A stretch of 64,000 nt of DNA from positions 64,001-128,000 of the forward strand of contig CAVQBA010000004.1 in assembly GCA_963710605.1 (NCBI GenBank). The letters run 5' to 3'. The stretch is from an uncultured cyanobacterium. Its GTDB lineage: Bacteria > Cyanobacteriota > Cyanobacteriia > Cyanobacteriales > Cyanobacteriaceae. Positions 43,697-54,551 of this stretch are shown piece by piece. Every line of letters starts with the position of its first letter. Positions within the stretch are counted from its first letter, which is position 1. The position numbers and the translations under genes were made by a program. The notes beneath the pieces are model-generated. The model was not told the origin of the DNA, did not search any database, and worked only from the letters and a program-made list of their open reading frames with translations.

Positions 43697-44248
43697 TTAA
43701 GAAACAATAAATGATTTAGCTACTGCGGTAAATAACTCTTCCACTTTTTGCCAACGAGATTCGGTACTAGAAATATTAAAAGTATAAAGTTTACCATTTT
43801 TCGTGGCAACATTCGCTAGATTATGACGATATTGACTATCAGATAACTTGACTCTATATTCTAATAAGTAATAGTCTTGCATTTCTTGTTGACCTTTTTC
43901 GGCGGAGATTAATTCTGCTTCTCTACCATTGTTATTATTTTGATTAACAATTTGCATAAAACGATAACCAATATCTGTAGGTGAGCCTAAATCAGTTAAT
44001 TTATTTTCATCACCAATATCACTAATAATAACACTAAGGTTTTCTCCTTCTTCAATGATATCTCGATAGACAACATCAACACCTCGACTACTATTTTTGA
44101 CATCAATACCTACCCAACCGTTAGGATAAAAGAATTGATAACCATCAATAACATCGCTATAACGATTTAAGCCTGTAAGTGAAGATGAACAAGCTGATAT
44201 AGTAAAAGTGATTACAATTAAGCAAATTGTAATGATTGATTTTAACAT
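43697..44248 (-). CDS. psbP: Photosystem II extrinsic lipoprotein CyanoP
   Basis: 183 aa; lipobox ISAC, DGYQFFYPNGW, ENLSVIIS, YYLLEY, GKLYTFN. Confidence 0.92.
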   Translation of the reverse strand: MLKSIITICLIVITFTISACSSSLTGLNRYSDVIDGYQFFYPNGWVGIDVKNSSRGVDVVYRDIIEEGENLSVIISDIGDENKLTDLGSPTDIGYRFMQIVNQNNNNGREAELISAEKGQQEMQDYYLLEYRVKLSDSQYRHNLANVATKNGKLYTFNISSTESRWQKVEELFTAVAKSFIVS

Positions 44249-44343
44249 ATTGAACTAAAAATTTGATGTACGTGAATTATTATCTCATTATCTCGGACGG
44301 TCAAACAATTGACAATTGACAATAAAGATTAGTTGATTTGTTG

Positions 44344-45357
44344 TTATTTAGTTATTTGATGATAATCTAAGTAATCATGATAGTTTTTATATAATTCAAA
44401 TCCATGAGGTTTTGTTTTGAAAGTAGATGGAATTGAATATTCACTATTAGTATATTTTTTTCTTAATGATAATAAGTAATAATATCTTTTACCCCATTTT
44501 TTCAAGTATTGCAAAAATAAGCGAAACTGTGGATACAAAGATTTATATTTATAGTCTAAAGCCGTATATTGTAAGATACGTGCAATCGTAACTAGTTTAT
44601 GAGGAGATGACTTTTTTATTCTAATAATTTTGTATCCTATTTCAATTAATAAGTTTTTCTCCGTTTTAGTTAATAATAAAAATGGTTTTAATTGATCAAT
44701 CGAGTCTTTTTCATTATCGTGAACAAAATTTTTTATTTTACTAAATAAATGCCAATGATCAAGATTCTCTTTTTTTAATGCCGAAAAAAAGTAAAGTAAC
44801 TCGTCAATTTGCGAAAGATTAAACAGATGACGATAATACTGTTTTAATAAAATCACACTTTGTTCTTCTTCTACTTGTAAACGGTAAAAAAGATAAGATT
44901 TTTTTAATTTTGCTTGAAAGATTAATTTATGATGTTCTTGTTTGATTAGATGTAATGAATCTAAACAAAAACCTAGTAAAACTGGATCAGTACATTTATT
45001 TTCTAATTCTGTTAATTTGATTAAACTATCCAAATTATCTAACACAGTTTGAAAAAAGTATTTACCAATTAAAAAATAATGTTTTTTTTCTAACCTAGCT
45101 TGGGTAAAATATTCTTCTATACGTGCGTAAATCAAAAAATCAGCGGCTAAAAAGCGATCATTAAATAAAGCTTTTAATGTTAGTGATAATTGCTCTACTG
45201 AATCTAAAACTTGATTATGATAAGTTACTGATTGAGGAGGAATTTTGAGACGAGTATTAATTAGTAAATATTCTGTCAACGTTTTTCTACCAATCAATGG
45301 ACGATTCCACCATGGTTTTTCGGTTATATTCGATTTCTCAATTTCAGTAGTTACCAT
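44344..45357 (-). CDS. Hypothetical protein
   Basis: 337 aa ORF; PWWNRPL near the N-terminus; no family recognised. Confidence 0.6.
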   Translation of the reverse strand: MVTTEIEKSNITEKPWWNRPLIGRKTLTEYLLINTRLKIPPQSVTYHNQVLDSVEQLSLTLKALFNDRFLAADFLIYARIEEYFTQARLEKKHYFLIGKYFFQTVLDNLDSLIKLTELENKCTDPVLLGFCLDSLHLIKQEHHKLIFQAKLKKSYLFYRLQVEEEQSVILLKQYYRHLFNLSQIDELLYFFSALKKENLDHWHLFSKIKNFVHDNEKDSIDQLKPFLLLTKTEKNLLIEIGYKIIRIKKSSPHKLVTIARILQYTALDYKYKSLYPQFRLFLQYLKKWGKRYYYLLSLRKKYTNSEYSIPSTFKTKPHGFELYKNYHDYLDYHQITK

Positions 45358-46151
45358 GATTTATTTTCCTTGACCATCACAGATGTATATTTACTAGTTG
45401 ATTATTTAACTAAATCGTTTATTGAAAATAATCACTCATCTTTTATCAATAAAGTTTTGACAAGTTTTTAGTTATCTATTACTTATCTCTATTTTTTATC
45501 AAGCTTTAGTTAGGACTATATTTTTTGTTCATTTATACATAATAATTTATTTTTTTGCGTAATTAATCAGTAATATTGGCTATTTTAAACTAATTTTTTA
45601 TTATTCATTTTACGTATTCTTCGCTGTTATTCTTAAGTATATTCAACCATAACTAAATATTAAATAAATATCTGTAAAAGTAAGTATTTAAATTCAAAGA
45701 TTAATAAATATTTTTATAAATTAGCTCTATTAATCTATATTTAATAAATAATAGTTAATACTTTTTACTAGTAAAATAGAGAGGTTTATTTTTATATAGA
45801 TTAGTTAAATATATTGATTTTAAATAGTATAATTATTTTTATTTTAAAGTATTAATAATATTTAAATTATAGTTATAATTAGATTAAACAAATTTTTTTT
45901 GTCGAAAATAGTTAAATAGAATTTTGAATATTTTCTCATCTGTGAAAGGAATTTAGCTATGTAATACTTTAGATTAATTTTGTTTTCTTAAAATAAAACC
46001 TATTGGAAATAAATAAGCTAACTTCAAGTTATTATAATATTAGATTAATCAACCTAACTAGATTTTAATATTTTAGTTAGCCAGAAAATTTGGTCAAGTA
46101 GCTAATTAATAATTGATCAAAATTATAGTCACATAAATATTAACTGTAATC

Positions 46152-46185
46152 AAAAAAAAAGACCAAACTAAATTTAGCTTGACCT
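46152..46185 (-). terminator. Intrinsic terminator of icd
   Basis: Minus strand AGGTCAAGCTA-AATT-TAGTTTGGTCT hairpin followed by a T-run, 80 bp after the stop. Confidence 0.75.
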
Positions 46186-46265
46186 AAGAAATAAATAACG
46201 ATCGATATCAATAAAAGTAAAATACTTAATAATTGATAATTAAGTAAAAAAAGCTACGTACTTAA

Positions 46266-47692
46266 TTAGTTCTCAAAATTGTCAATAATAGCTTGAGCAA
46301 ATTCAGAACATTTTAAAGGTGGTTCGACAGGAGGAGTCATCAAACGAGCTAAATCATAGGTAACCTGACGAGAAACGATCGCCTCAGAAAGCCCTTTACG
46401 AATCAAATCAGCCGCTTCTTGCCAGCCCATGTACTCCAACATCATTACCCCAGAAAGAATCACAGAACCGGGGTTAATACGGTCTAATCCAGCGTGTTTA
46501 GGAGCAGTACCATGAGTCGCCTCAAAAATAGCCGAGTTGTCACCAATATTAGCACCAGGCCCATACCAAGTCCACCAACAATAGCGGCGGCGGCATCAGA
46601 TAAATAATCACCGTTCAAATTCATGGTTGCGAGAATAGAATATTCATCAGGACGTGTTTGAATTTGTTGGAAGATACTATCAGCAATACGATCGTTGACC
46701 ATGATTTTATCTTGCCATTTACCCTCACCATGACTATCCCAAATAGTATCTAAAACAGTTTTAACTTCCTTACAGATAGCGGTTTTCTTCTCAGGAGTTA
46801 AAGAGTCATAACCTGGTTCGATTTTACGGGCATTATCTTCAACAGAAATATCGGCATTAGCTTCTTTATTAGCTAAAATCCATGATTCTCTTTCGGTTAC
46901 GCATTCATCACGAAATTCTTCTACTGCTACTTCATAACCCCAATCACGGAAAGCACCTTCGGTATATTTCATAATATTACCTTTATGTACTAAAGTGACT
47001 TGCTGTTTTTCTTTAGGTAATTTTAAAGCATTTTGAATCGCCCGACGCACTAAACGTTTACTACCTTTGATACTGATTGGTTTAATGCCTATTCCCGCAT
47101 CAAGAGGAATTTGTTTGTTTTTATGCTCAGGTGTAGAAGGTATTAAGTCTTCATTGAGAATTTTAATTAATTTTTGCCCAATTTCTGAACCTTCTCGCCA
47201 TTCGATACCCAAATAAATATCTTCTGTATTTTCCCGATAAACGATTACATCAAGTTTTTCAGGACTTTTATGAGGAGATGGTGTACCTTTATAATAACGA
47301 CAAGGACGAACACAAGCGTATAATTCAAAAATTTGGCGTAAGGCAACATTAAGGGAGCGAATTCCACCACCGACAGGAGTGGTTAAAGGACTTTTGATAG
47401 CGATACCATATTCTCTAATAGCGGTTAAAGTATCTTCGGGTAAATATTGATATGTACCGTATTTTTCGCAAGCCTCATCACCTGCATAAACTTTAAACCA
47501 ATTGATTTTACGTTTGTCATTATAGGCTTTGGCTACTGCGGCGTTGATTACTTTTTCTGTTGCTGGCCAAATATCAACTCCCGTTCCATCACCACGAATA
47601 AATGGTACGATCGGATCGTCGGGTACGATCGGTAATCCATTTTCAAATTTTACTTTACTTCCTGTAGTTGGTGGAGTAATTTTGTCGAACAT
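46266..47692 (-). CDS. icd: NADP-dependent isocitrate dehydrogenase (frameshift near 46560)
   Basis: [47 protein letters not shown]-terminus VTYDLARLM in ORF 46266. Confidence 0.97.
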
Positions 47693-47887
47693 ATATACTA
47701 GCTCACTGATTGAATATCTTAATTATTGCGATTATCATATCATTCAATTTGCCGATAGATAATTAATGAAATGGCTTTAAAATGAGGTTATCTTGATAAT
47801 AACAACGGCGATCGATAGTAAGTAGTAAACAGATAATAACGAAAAAAGTATCGCAATTTGTGCTTGATAAATATTTTAATTATTCAT

Positions 47888-48106
47888 TTATTCTAAATTT
47901 AGCATTTGTTTTACTCGAACCAGAGGAATAGAATCATGATTTTTTTCTTCTTTTTTAGCATTTCTCAATTCCTGTAAATCTTCTAAATCCTCTAGTAGTT
48001 CTTGGATTTTGATAAATTCTTCATAAGGTAAAACAGCAAATTCTTTGTTACCATTTTTACTTAAAAACTCAGGATGTAGTTTAATCATTTTTGGATACCT
48101 TTTCAA
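47888..48106 (-). CDS. Putative type II antitoxin
   Basis: 72 aa; KNGNKEFAVLPYEEF..ELLEDLEDL; overlaps toxin stop. Confidence 0.75.
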   Translation of the reverse strand: MKRYPKMIKLHPEFLSKNGNKEFAVLPYEEFIKIQELLEDLEDLQELRNAKKEEKNHDSIPLVRVKQMLNLE

Positions 48107-48351
48107 TAATAAGCGTTGCTTCTATGTTTTATTCTGTAAATTATAATTATTTGTTTTTCTATTTCAAATAAGACTCGATAATCTCCAATTCTTAACCGAT
48201 ATTCGGGTGTAAAATTAGTTAATCTTTTAATATCTCCTTGTAAATTATCTTGCATTAATTCAATTTTCTTAATTATTTGCTTTTGAAAATTGGATGATAA
48301 TTTACTTAAATCTTTAACTGCTTTTGGCTTAAACTCAACTTCATATTTCAC
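48103..48351 (-). CDS. RelE/StbE-family toxin
   Basis: 82 aa; YEVEFKPKAVKDL, DIKRL, YRLRIGDYRVLFEI, RIKHR. Confidence 0.92.
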   Translation of the reverse strand: MKYEVEFKPKAVKDLSKLSSNFQKQIIKKIELMQDNLQGDIKRLTNFTPEYRLRIGDYRVLFEIEKQIIIIYRIKHRSNAYY

Positions 48352-48571
48352 ATTATTTATTTTCTTCGTAACTTCAATCTTATAATTATGTTAGCTCTTC
48401 ATAGCAACAATTTGATTTGAGTAACAGTTTAGATAAGAACAATAGTATTTATTCTGGATTAAAAAAAATAATTGTTATCGCACAAAAATTAAAAAGCAGA
48501 TTAAGATCGAAAAAAAGTGCAAAATCATCGAAATTATGACAATGGGATTAGAAGCGATCGCCTAAAAATAA

Positions 48572-50143
48572 TCAACTGTTGTTCATAATCTGTTTAAGTA
48601 GATTTTGAGTATAAGGATGATTACTTAATTCGGAAACTCGATCGTCTTCGATCGCTTGTTTTAAAAACTTAACGAAATTACTATATATAATCTTAGTATC
48701 AGAGTGTTGTGTTCCTAAGAGTGTTTCATCTAACTCTAAGGCTTGAAGATATAAAGGTTCTGCTAACTCGTATTTTCCTTGTGAACCATATAGTCTAGCT
48801 AAATTATCGAGCGAACTTGCTACATAAGGGTGTTGTTCTCCTAAGAGGGTTTTTCTTAACTCTAAAGCTTTGAGGTACAAAGATTCTGCTTGTTCATATT
48901 TTCCTTTTAATGAATAAAGTAAAGCCAAATTATTGAGCGAACTAGCCACATGGGGGTGTTGTTCACCTAACAATGTTTTTCTTAACTTTAAGGCTTGGAA
49001 GTACAGTAGTTCTGCTAACTCGTATCTTCCTTGTGATTTGTAAAGTAAAGCTAAGTTATTAAAGGAAGTTGCCACATCGGGATGTTGTTCTCCTAAGAGT
49101 GTTTTTCTTAACTCTAAGGCTCGAAGAAATAATGGTTCTGCTTCTTTGTATTTTCCTCGTGAATAATATAATCCAGCTAAATTATCAAGCAAACTAGCCA
49201 CATGGGGATGTTGTTCTTCTAAAAGTGTTTGATATAACTCTATAGCTTGGACGTATAAAGATTCTGCTTGCTCATATTCTCCTTGTAAATCATATAGTAA
49301 AGCTAAATTATTAAGGGAAGTTGCCAAGTCTAAATCTAAATTTAATTGCTTTTGCAAAGCGATCGCTTTTTGAGAATATTCAATACTTAAATTTAATTCT
49401 TCATTATAGTTTTCACAACCTTCTGTTTCAATTCTATTAAGATAAATTTGCCCTAAACTACTATACAAACTAGCTAATTTTTTTTCATCTTTTGTTTGAG
49501 GATTTGTTTCTAAATGTTTAACTAAAGCCTCCAAATCTTGCAAAGGAATTAAAGAAGACTCTTGATTATCAAAATTCAATAATTTTTCTTCTTCAAAAAG
49601 AGAGAATTGCTCTTGAAATCGATCTAAACAAATATAAGATTTGATATTCGACACAAAACGAAAAACACCTTTACGCCAACTCCAAAAATCAGGAGCATTT
49701 TTCTGTAAATTAACTTCAATACTATTATTAATCCACAATACAATCGAATAAGGAAATTCTCGAAATGCTTCCCTCGTCCATTGTAAGTAACCAATAAAAC
49801 GATCGAGTTCAGATTTTTCCTGATTTAAACCGAACTTCAACAACTTTTCTATTCCTGTAACAGTAATTACCGCTTTTTTATTAGCGTTTAACTTTGGATT
49901 GTCGGCAACTAATTTTTCTAAATGATTGCGTAAACTTAAATTATCTGAGTTAATTTCGACTTGATAGGTAAGGAAATTTCCTTTTAACTCTTGTTCGTAC
50001 AAAGTAATAATCTCTTTTCTTACACTATCTCAATCGCAGACACAAATTAAGATATTTAAGTTTTCCTGATTCGTTTCTAAAGAAACCATCAAATCGTCAT
50101 AAGTATCTTTATTTTCTGGACTAATAGTTAACTCTTGTTCCAT
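48572..50143 (-). CDS. TPR-repeat protein with N-terminal degenerate NTPase-like domain (frameshift near 50030)
   Basis: LQWTRE, APDFWSWR; 42-aa repeats HPxVAxSLxNLAxLY..G.Y..AE.LY..AL; probable start MEQELTISPEN at 50143. Confidence 0.88.
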
Positions 50144-50225
50144 GATTTTTACTTTTTTTAAGTACTTTTTAATCAAATAAATTTAAGAAGATAAAACTAC
50201 TAAAAATAATTGAGACGGATAAATG

Positions 50226-51527
50226 TTAAGGTTCAATTATTCCTTTGTGTATTAACATCTTGGAAACAATAGGATGTAAATCGTACCATAATTCACTATT
50301 GCGGTATTCCAAAGCATAAAGAGCGTGTAGCAAGGCTAAAAAGTCATCGGATTTAGGATCGGGTGGTTGATAGTTTTTGTAAACACTCTTGAGAATTAGA
50401 TAGTCTTTTTCACCGATACGAGCTTCAAAATCCAAGCTTAATTTATTAATTGCTTCTTGAAATATTGTTCGATCGATTTTAATTCGATCGTTATCTGGTT
50501 GCTGACGAATTAACCGCAAACAAATACGACAACATTCGTTAGTGATTCTAATCAATTCTCGTAATACGCCACCACTGTAAATAACAATCTCGGTTAAAAT
50601 TTCTGATTCAATTATATTAAGATCGATTCTTTTTTCAATAATATCCTTTAATAACTGAATATTTTCTTGGTTGGGAATAATATTTTCTTGCCTAGCTTCT
50701 CTTTTTGGTAATAATTTATAAACAGGCATTTTGACAATTTGGTTATTAGTTTCTGTTTCTAAAACCGTAACTAAACTAATTTCTCTAAGTGCGGCGATAG
50801 GTATAGTCATTAACAGACGAAAATTCGGAGAAAAAAGAGCTTTTATATGTCCTAAAAAAATATCATTTACTTGAGTTAAATCTAATTTGTCTAAATCGTC
50901 AATAATAACGATAATTTCTTGTTGACTTGTTTGCTCGATTATAATGGCAATTTCATTGATACGTTGAACTAAACTTGAAATATTTTTTTCATATTCTATT
51001 TTTATTTCATTTCTAATGGTGGAATTGTTTTTTAAAACTCCTTTTATCCAAGCTAATAGATTAGTAAAATTAAAACCTGTTTCTACTTCAGCTTTAAACT
51101 CATCAATTTCTGTTTTTGTCTTAGTTGCAAACCAGCGATAAAAATTTTCTTTAATTTTCGGTTTAATCTCGATTTTTTTATTTTCTGCTTCTTCCATCAA
51201 ACTGACAGCGATCGTAAACAGAATATTAACATGATTCACATCGGACATTTCGATCGTATCGGAAATAGAGAAAAAAACGACCAAAAAACGATCGTCTAAA
51301 TTCCTTTTTACCTCAGCTAATAAAGTTGATTTACCACAACCTCTATGCCCAGAAAAGATTATTTTATTATCAGTAGCTAAACCATCTTCAATAAGTTGTT
51401 CTAATTCTGAAATAACATCAGGATTACAAGGCACAGCAAACTTTTGAAAATCTTCTTCTGTTTTTAAAGGATCAACTCTCAAATTACGATAAGCTGATTG
51501 GTATATAGATAAAAGACTTTCAGACAT
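50226..51527 (-). CDS. P-loop ATPase (AAA/STAND-like)
   Basis: 433 aa; Walker A GHRGCGKST, Walker B VIIDDLDK, SGGVLRELIR, WYDLHP. Confidence 0.85.
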   Translation of the reverse strand: MSESLLSIYQSAYRNLRVDPLKTEEDFQKFAVPCNPDVISELEQLIEDGLATDNKIIFSGHRGCGKSTLLAEVKRNLDDRFLVVFFSISDTIEMSDVNHVNILFTIAVSLMEEAENKKIEIKPKIKENFYRWFATKTKTEIDEFKAEVETGFNFTNLLAWIKGVLKNNSTIRNEIKIEYEKNISSLVQRINEIAIIIEQTSQQEIIVIIDDLDKLDLTQVNDIFLGHIKALFSPNFRLLMTIPIAALREISLVTVLETETNNQIVKMPVYKLLPKREARQENIIPNQENIQLLKDIIEKRIDLNIIESEILTEIVIYSGGVLRELIRITNECCRICLRLIRQQPDNDRIKIDRTIFQEAINKLSLDFEARIGEKDYLILKSVYKNYQPPDPKSDDFLALLHALYALEYRNSELWYDLHPIVSKMLIHKGIIEP

Positions 51528-51609
51528 ATTAACTTGTTGAACTTCTTTGTTATTGTACTTTACTTTTTATTGTCTTCCTTTGTTGTCTTTAATTTACTAA
51601 TATTCTTAA

Positions 51610-51956
51610 ACCCCTCTCATTATCAAGAAAAAAGGCTGGGAGTGTGGTTGTATTATCATACCAATTCAAATAAAATTGGCAATCCTTTGTGTCAAAAAGT
51701 CCCCCAAAGTTGGAGGATTTAGAGGGCTTAAGGATTGATCTATCTTTTTGTTTTTTGAATTTAGTATAATTTCTTCATCTACGTTTTCAACCCACCTTGA
51801 ATTAAAATTCAAGGCTAATATAATTCGTTTAATAAATTAAACTAAAATCTATTCTACGATTTTTTGATAGTTCATTTTAATGAACGTTTTTTTTGAGCCT
51901 TGTCAATTCATACCCAAGGCTTCTCATTACTCAAAAAGATGGGCTTGGGAGTGAGG
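51610..51956. repeat. Cluster of short dispersed repeats
   Basis: TCTCATTA..AA.A..GGC..GGGAGTG.GG at both ends; AAAGTCCCCC..GGATTTAG.GGG at 51696; palindromic element at 51794-51920. Confidence 0.6.
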
Positions 51957-52553
51957 CTAACTTTGAACCAAATTTTCTTGCTTAAGTTTGTCTTTTAATT
52001 CTTCTTCCAACTTAGCTTCATTTTGACGACGTATTTTTGCATAAGATTGAATACTAGCTAACATCACAATCACCAAACCAACAACCGCCCAAGTCGTAAT
52101 ATCTAAAGGAAGATTGTTTTTGAAAATAGCTAACAAGACAATGACTAACAACAAAAGAGTAGGTGCTTCATTCAGTAATCTAAATTTTTGTCCACTCCAT
52201 TGGTTTTCACCCTTAGCCAATTTTTTCATGATTTTACCACACCAAAAATGGTAAGCCAATAACAAAGCCACAAATAAAAATTTGACGTGTAACCAACTAG
52301 ACTTTAATACCTCTGGCTCAGTAGAAATCAAACCGATCGCCATTGCTACTGTCAATATCATACCGGGGGTTGTAATGATATTATAGAGTCTTTTTTCCAT
52401 CAACTCATATTGTTGTGTCAAAATACTTTGAGCGGGTTCATCTTTCTCAAATGCTTCAGCGTGATATACAAATAAACGAACGAGATAAAACAACCCTGCA
52501 AACCAAACGACAATACCGATTAAATGAAACGCTTTGAACCAATAATAAGCCAT
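51957..52553 (-). CDS. hemJ: Protoporphyrinogen IX oxidase HemJ
   Basis: WFKAFHLIGIVVWFAGLFYLVRLFVYH, MEKRLYNII, WLHVK, NEAPT. Confidence 0.96.
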   Translation of the reverse strand: MAYYWFKAFHLIGIVVWFAGLFYLVRLFVYHAEAFEKDEPAQSILTQQYELMEKRLYNIITTPGMILTVAMAIGLISTEPEVLKSSWLHVKFLFVALLLAYHFWCGKIMKKLAKGENQWSGQKFRLLNEAPTLLLLVIVLLAIFKNNLPLDITTWAVVGLVIVMLASIQSYAKIRRQNEAKLEEELKDKLKQENLVQS

Positions 52554-52848
52554 AATTTATAGTTAAGATAATCTAAATATTTTTGCAATTTGGGAGTAAT
52601 AGTCAAATTTTTGATGATTAACAAACACGATCGCGCTTTGTATTTATTTGTCAATCTACCTATTTTCAACAATTGGAGAGTGAAAATAATGACCATTAAC
52701 TCACACCTATTTACTCTAGATCGATTCAGAGATAACCGACAATAGGCTATTTACATATCTTCTTGAAAATATATTTAAAGCATCATTGTTAAAATTATTT
52801 TTGGTTACGCTAATATAAATTTTTGAAGTAAAATCTATAAAGTTAGTT

Positions 52849-53055
52849 ATGAATAAAAAATTAGTTGATTCATTAATTACAATCGTGCGATCGCTTTCAA
52901 AAGAAGAACGTCAAATATTTGAAAAAAGATTATTCTTTAATGATGAAGTAGTTAGCACACAAGATATGATGAACTTAGCTCAAAAAAGTGGTTCTTTTGA
53001 TTTTTTAGAAGATGAACCAGACATTTATACCTTAGAAGATGGAGAAGCGATTTAA
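52849..53055 (+). CDS. Putative antitoxin
   Basis: 68 aa; acidic tail GSFDFLEDEPDIYTLEDGEAI; stop overlaps next ATG. Confidence 0.6.
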   Translation: MNKKLVDSLITIVRSLSKEERQIFEKRLFFNDEVVSTQDMMNLAQKSGSFDFLEDEPDIYTLEDGEAI

Positions 53056-53078
53056 TGTCTCTTAAAAAAGGTGATATT
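53055..53078 (+). pseudogene. 5' stub of a PemK/MazF-like toxin
   Basis: MSLKKGDI, coupled to the upstream stop (TAATG), then abruptly non-homologous. Confidence 0.45.
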
Positions 53079-53099
53079 CCAAGAGTGAAAAATGATTCT

Positions 53100-53134
53100 C
53101 CTTACTCCTTACTCCTTACTCCTTACTCCTTACT
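53100..53134. repeat. Heptamer tandem repeat (CCTTACT)5
   Basis: Five exact units overlapping the stop of the 53123 gene. Confidence 0.92.
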
Positions 53135-54154
53135 CTTTATTAAGTTTCGCATATTCCAACGAGAGCGTAATTCTTCGATGTGCATATTTTTTTCCTCTTT
53201 TTTCAGATGTCTTGGGCTACTTTCAAATGATAAAGAAGAGGGTAGATTATCTTCTCCATATTCAGCTTTGATAAAATCATAAATTTCCTCGTAGCTAGGA
53301 GAAAAAGTTTCTTCGGTATCAGATTCTGCTATTTCGACAAAACTACGACTTCTGAATGTTTTAGAAAATAACCCTGTACCATCATCAAAAAATCTTTCTG
53401 TAGTTGCTCCATATGCTTCGTAAGGATAGTAAGATAACTCTTCAGGTGATTTTTGTGATACCCACGAAACATAACACCAATATTCGCTATAAGTGCCAAA
53501 TTCATTAGCCGATCGCATCATCAATTTCAACCAATTTTCCTCAGATTGATAGTATTTTTGAACTTGACTAGCAAAAGATTTGAGATGTTCTTGTTTAAAC
53601 CACATATGATGAGGGATAAAAGTTCCTTCACGATGTAATAAACCTTCAACTCCTAACACGGTATTAATCCATTTTTCCCATTTACCAACAATACTTGGAT
53701 TACCCCAACCGTTATGTTGAATCAAGGCAAATTTGTGTTTAATTTGGTTATCTTCTTCTTGAATTAATGGCCAAGTAGCCACAGGTAACAAATCGCTATC
53801 CCAGACAAGATACCATTCGCTTAGATCATCGATCGCTTCAAAAGCACCTAATTTTAATAATTGTTGATAAAACCAACCTGGAGTATATAAAGATTCACCT
53901 AAATCTAACTCCGCACAAATTTGGTCTTTTGTCAACCCACAATTGGCTTCAAAAAAAACTTCTTCAGGATGAACGGATAAAGGTGCAGTATCCCATTGCT
54001 GTGATAATTTTTCTAAAGCCTCAGCTTGTTCTTTTGGGGCTACTACATGAATCGATCGAGGTTGATAATTTTTAGTTAAGCCTTCTAATACAGCTCTGGT
54101 ATTCCAACGAATACGATACAAAGGAATGACGATATCGAAAATTTCAGATGACAT
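53123..54154 (-). CDS. Hypothetical protein, GT-A/nucleotide-diphospho-sugar transferase-like
   Basis: 343 aa; FDIVIP start, GWFYQQLLKL, YLVWDSD (DxD), FIPHHM, YSEY. Confidence 0.6.
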   Translation of the reverse strand: MSSEIFDIVIPLYRIRWNTRAVLEGLTKNYQPRSIHVVAPKEQAEALEKLSQQWDTAPLSVHPEEVFFEANCGLTKDQICAELDLGESLYTPGWFYQQLLKLGAFEAIDDLSEWYLVWDSDLLPVATWPLIQEEDNQIKHKFALIQHNGWGNPSIVGKWEKWINTVLGVEGLLHREGTFIPHHMWFKQEHLKSFASQVQKYYQSEENWLKLMMRSANEFGTYSEYWCYVSWVSQKSPEELSYYPYEAYGATTERFFDDGTGLFSKTFRSRSFVEIAESDTEETFSPSYEEIYDFIKAEYGEDNLPSSLSFESSPRHLKKEEKNMHIEELRSRWNMRNLIKSKE

Positions 54155-54160
54155 AGGTTT

Positions 54161-54530
54161 GATAGTTGATAGTTGATAGTTGATATAGCGTTTCCCATAC
54201 TTGTGAAGTACAGTTAGCGATCGACAAGTCCCCAGACATAAAAGCGAAGCATCTGCTTATCTTCCCCCGAACGCGCGGGGGATAGAGGGGGATAGGGATT
54301 TAGGGGGATCTATATGTACCTCGTAATGGTGATAGTTGATAGTTGATAGTTGATATAGCAGTAAAGGAAGGAATTAATTAAGACATTTATCTATTAAAGT
54401 CTCCCCTTTTAAGGGGAGATTTAGAGGGGTTGTACACAGATAAAAAACGTCCTAACTATCTCGCTCACTACTAAAAGTTGAAACTTTCAAAAAATAAAAG
54501 TCCCCCTTACAAAGGGGGATTTAGGGGGAT
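54161..54530. repeat. Composite repeat region
   Basis: 29-bp direct repeat (GATAGTT)3GATATAGC at 54161 and 54331; three AAGTC(T)CCCC..GGGG.GATTTAG.GGG hairpin repeats at ~54226, 54396, 54497. Confidence 0.85.
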
Positions 54531-54551
54531 TAATCTATATTTAATTATTAA

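Noticed and set aside
51534-51722. 62-aa ORF
   Set aside because: TTG start, runs through dispersed repeats, no recognisable motif
53055-53282. 75-aa ORF as a real protein
   Set aside because: After eight codons it reads through a heptamer repeat and antisense to the 53123 gene
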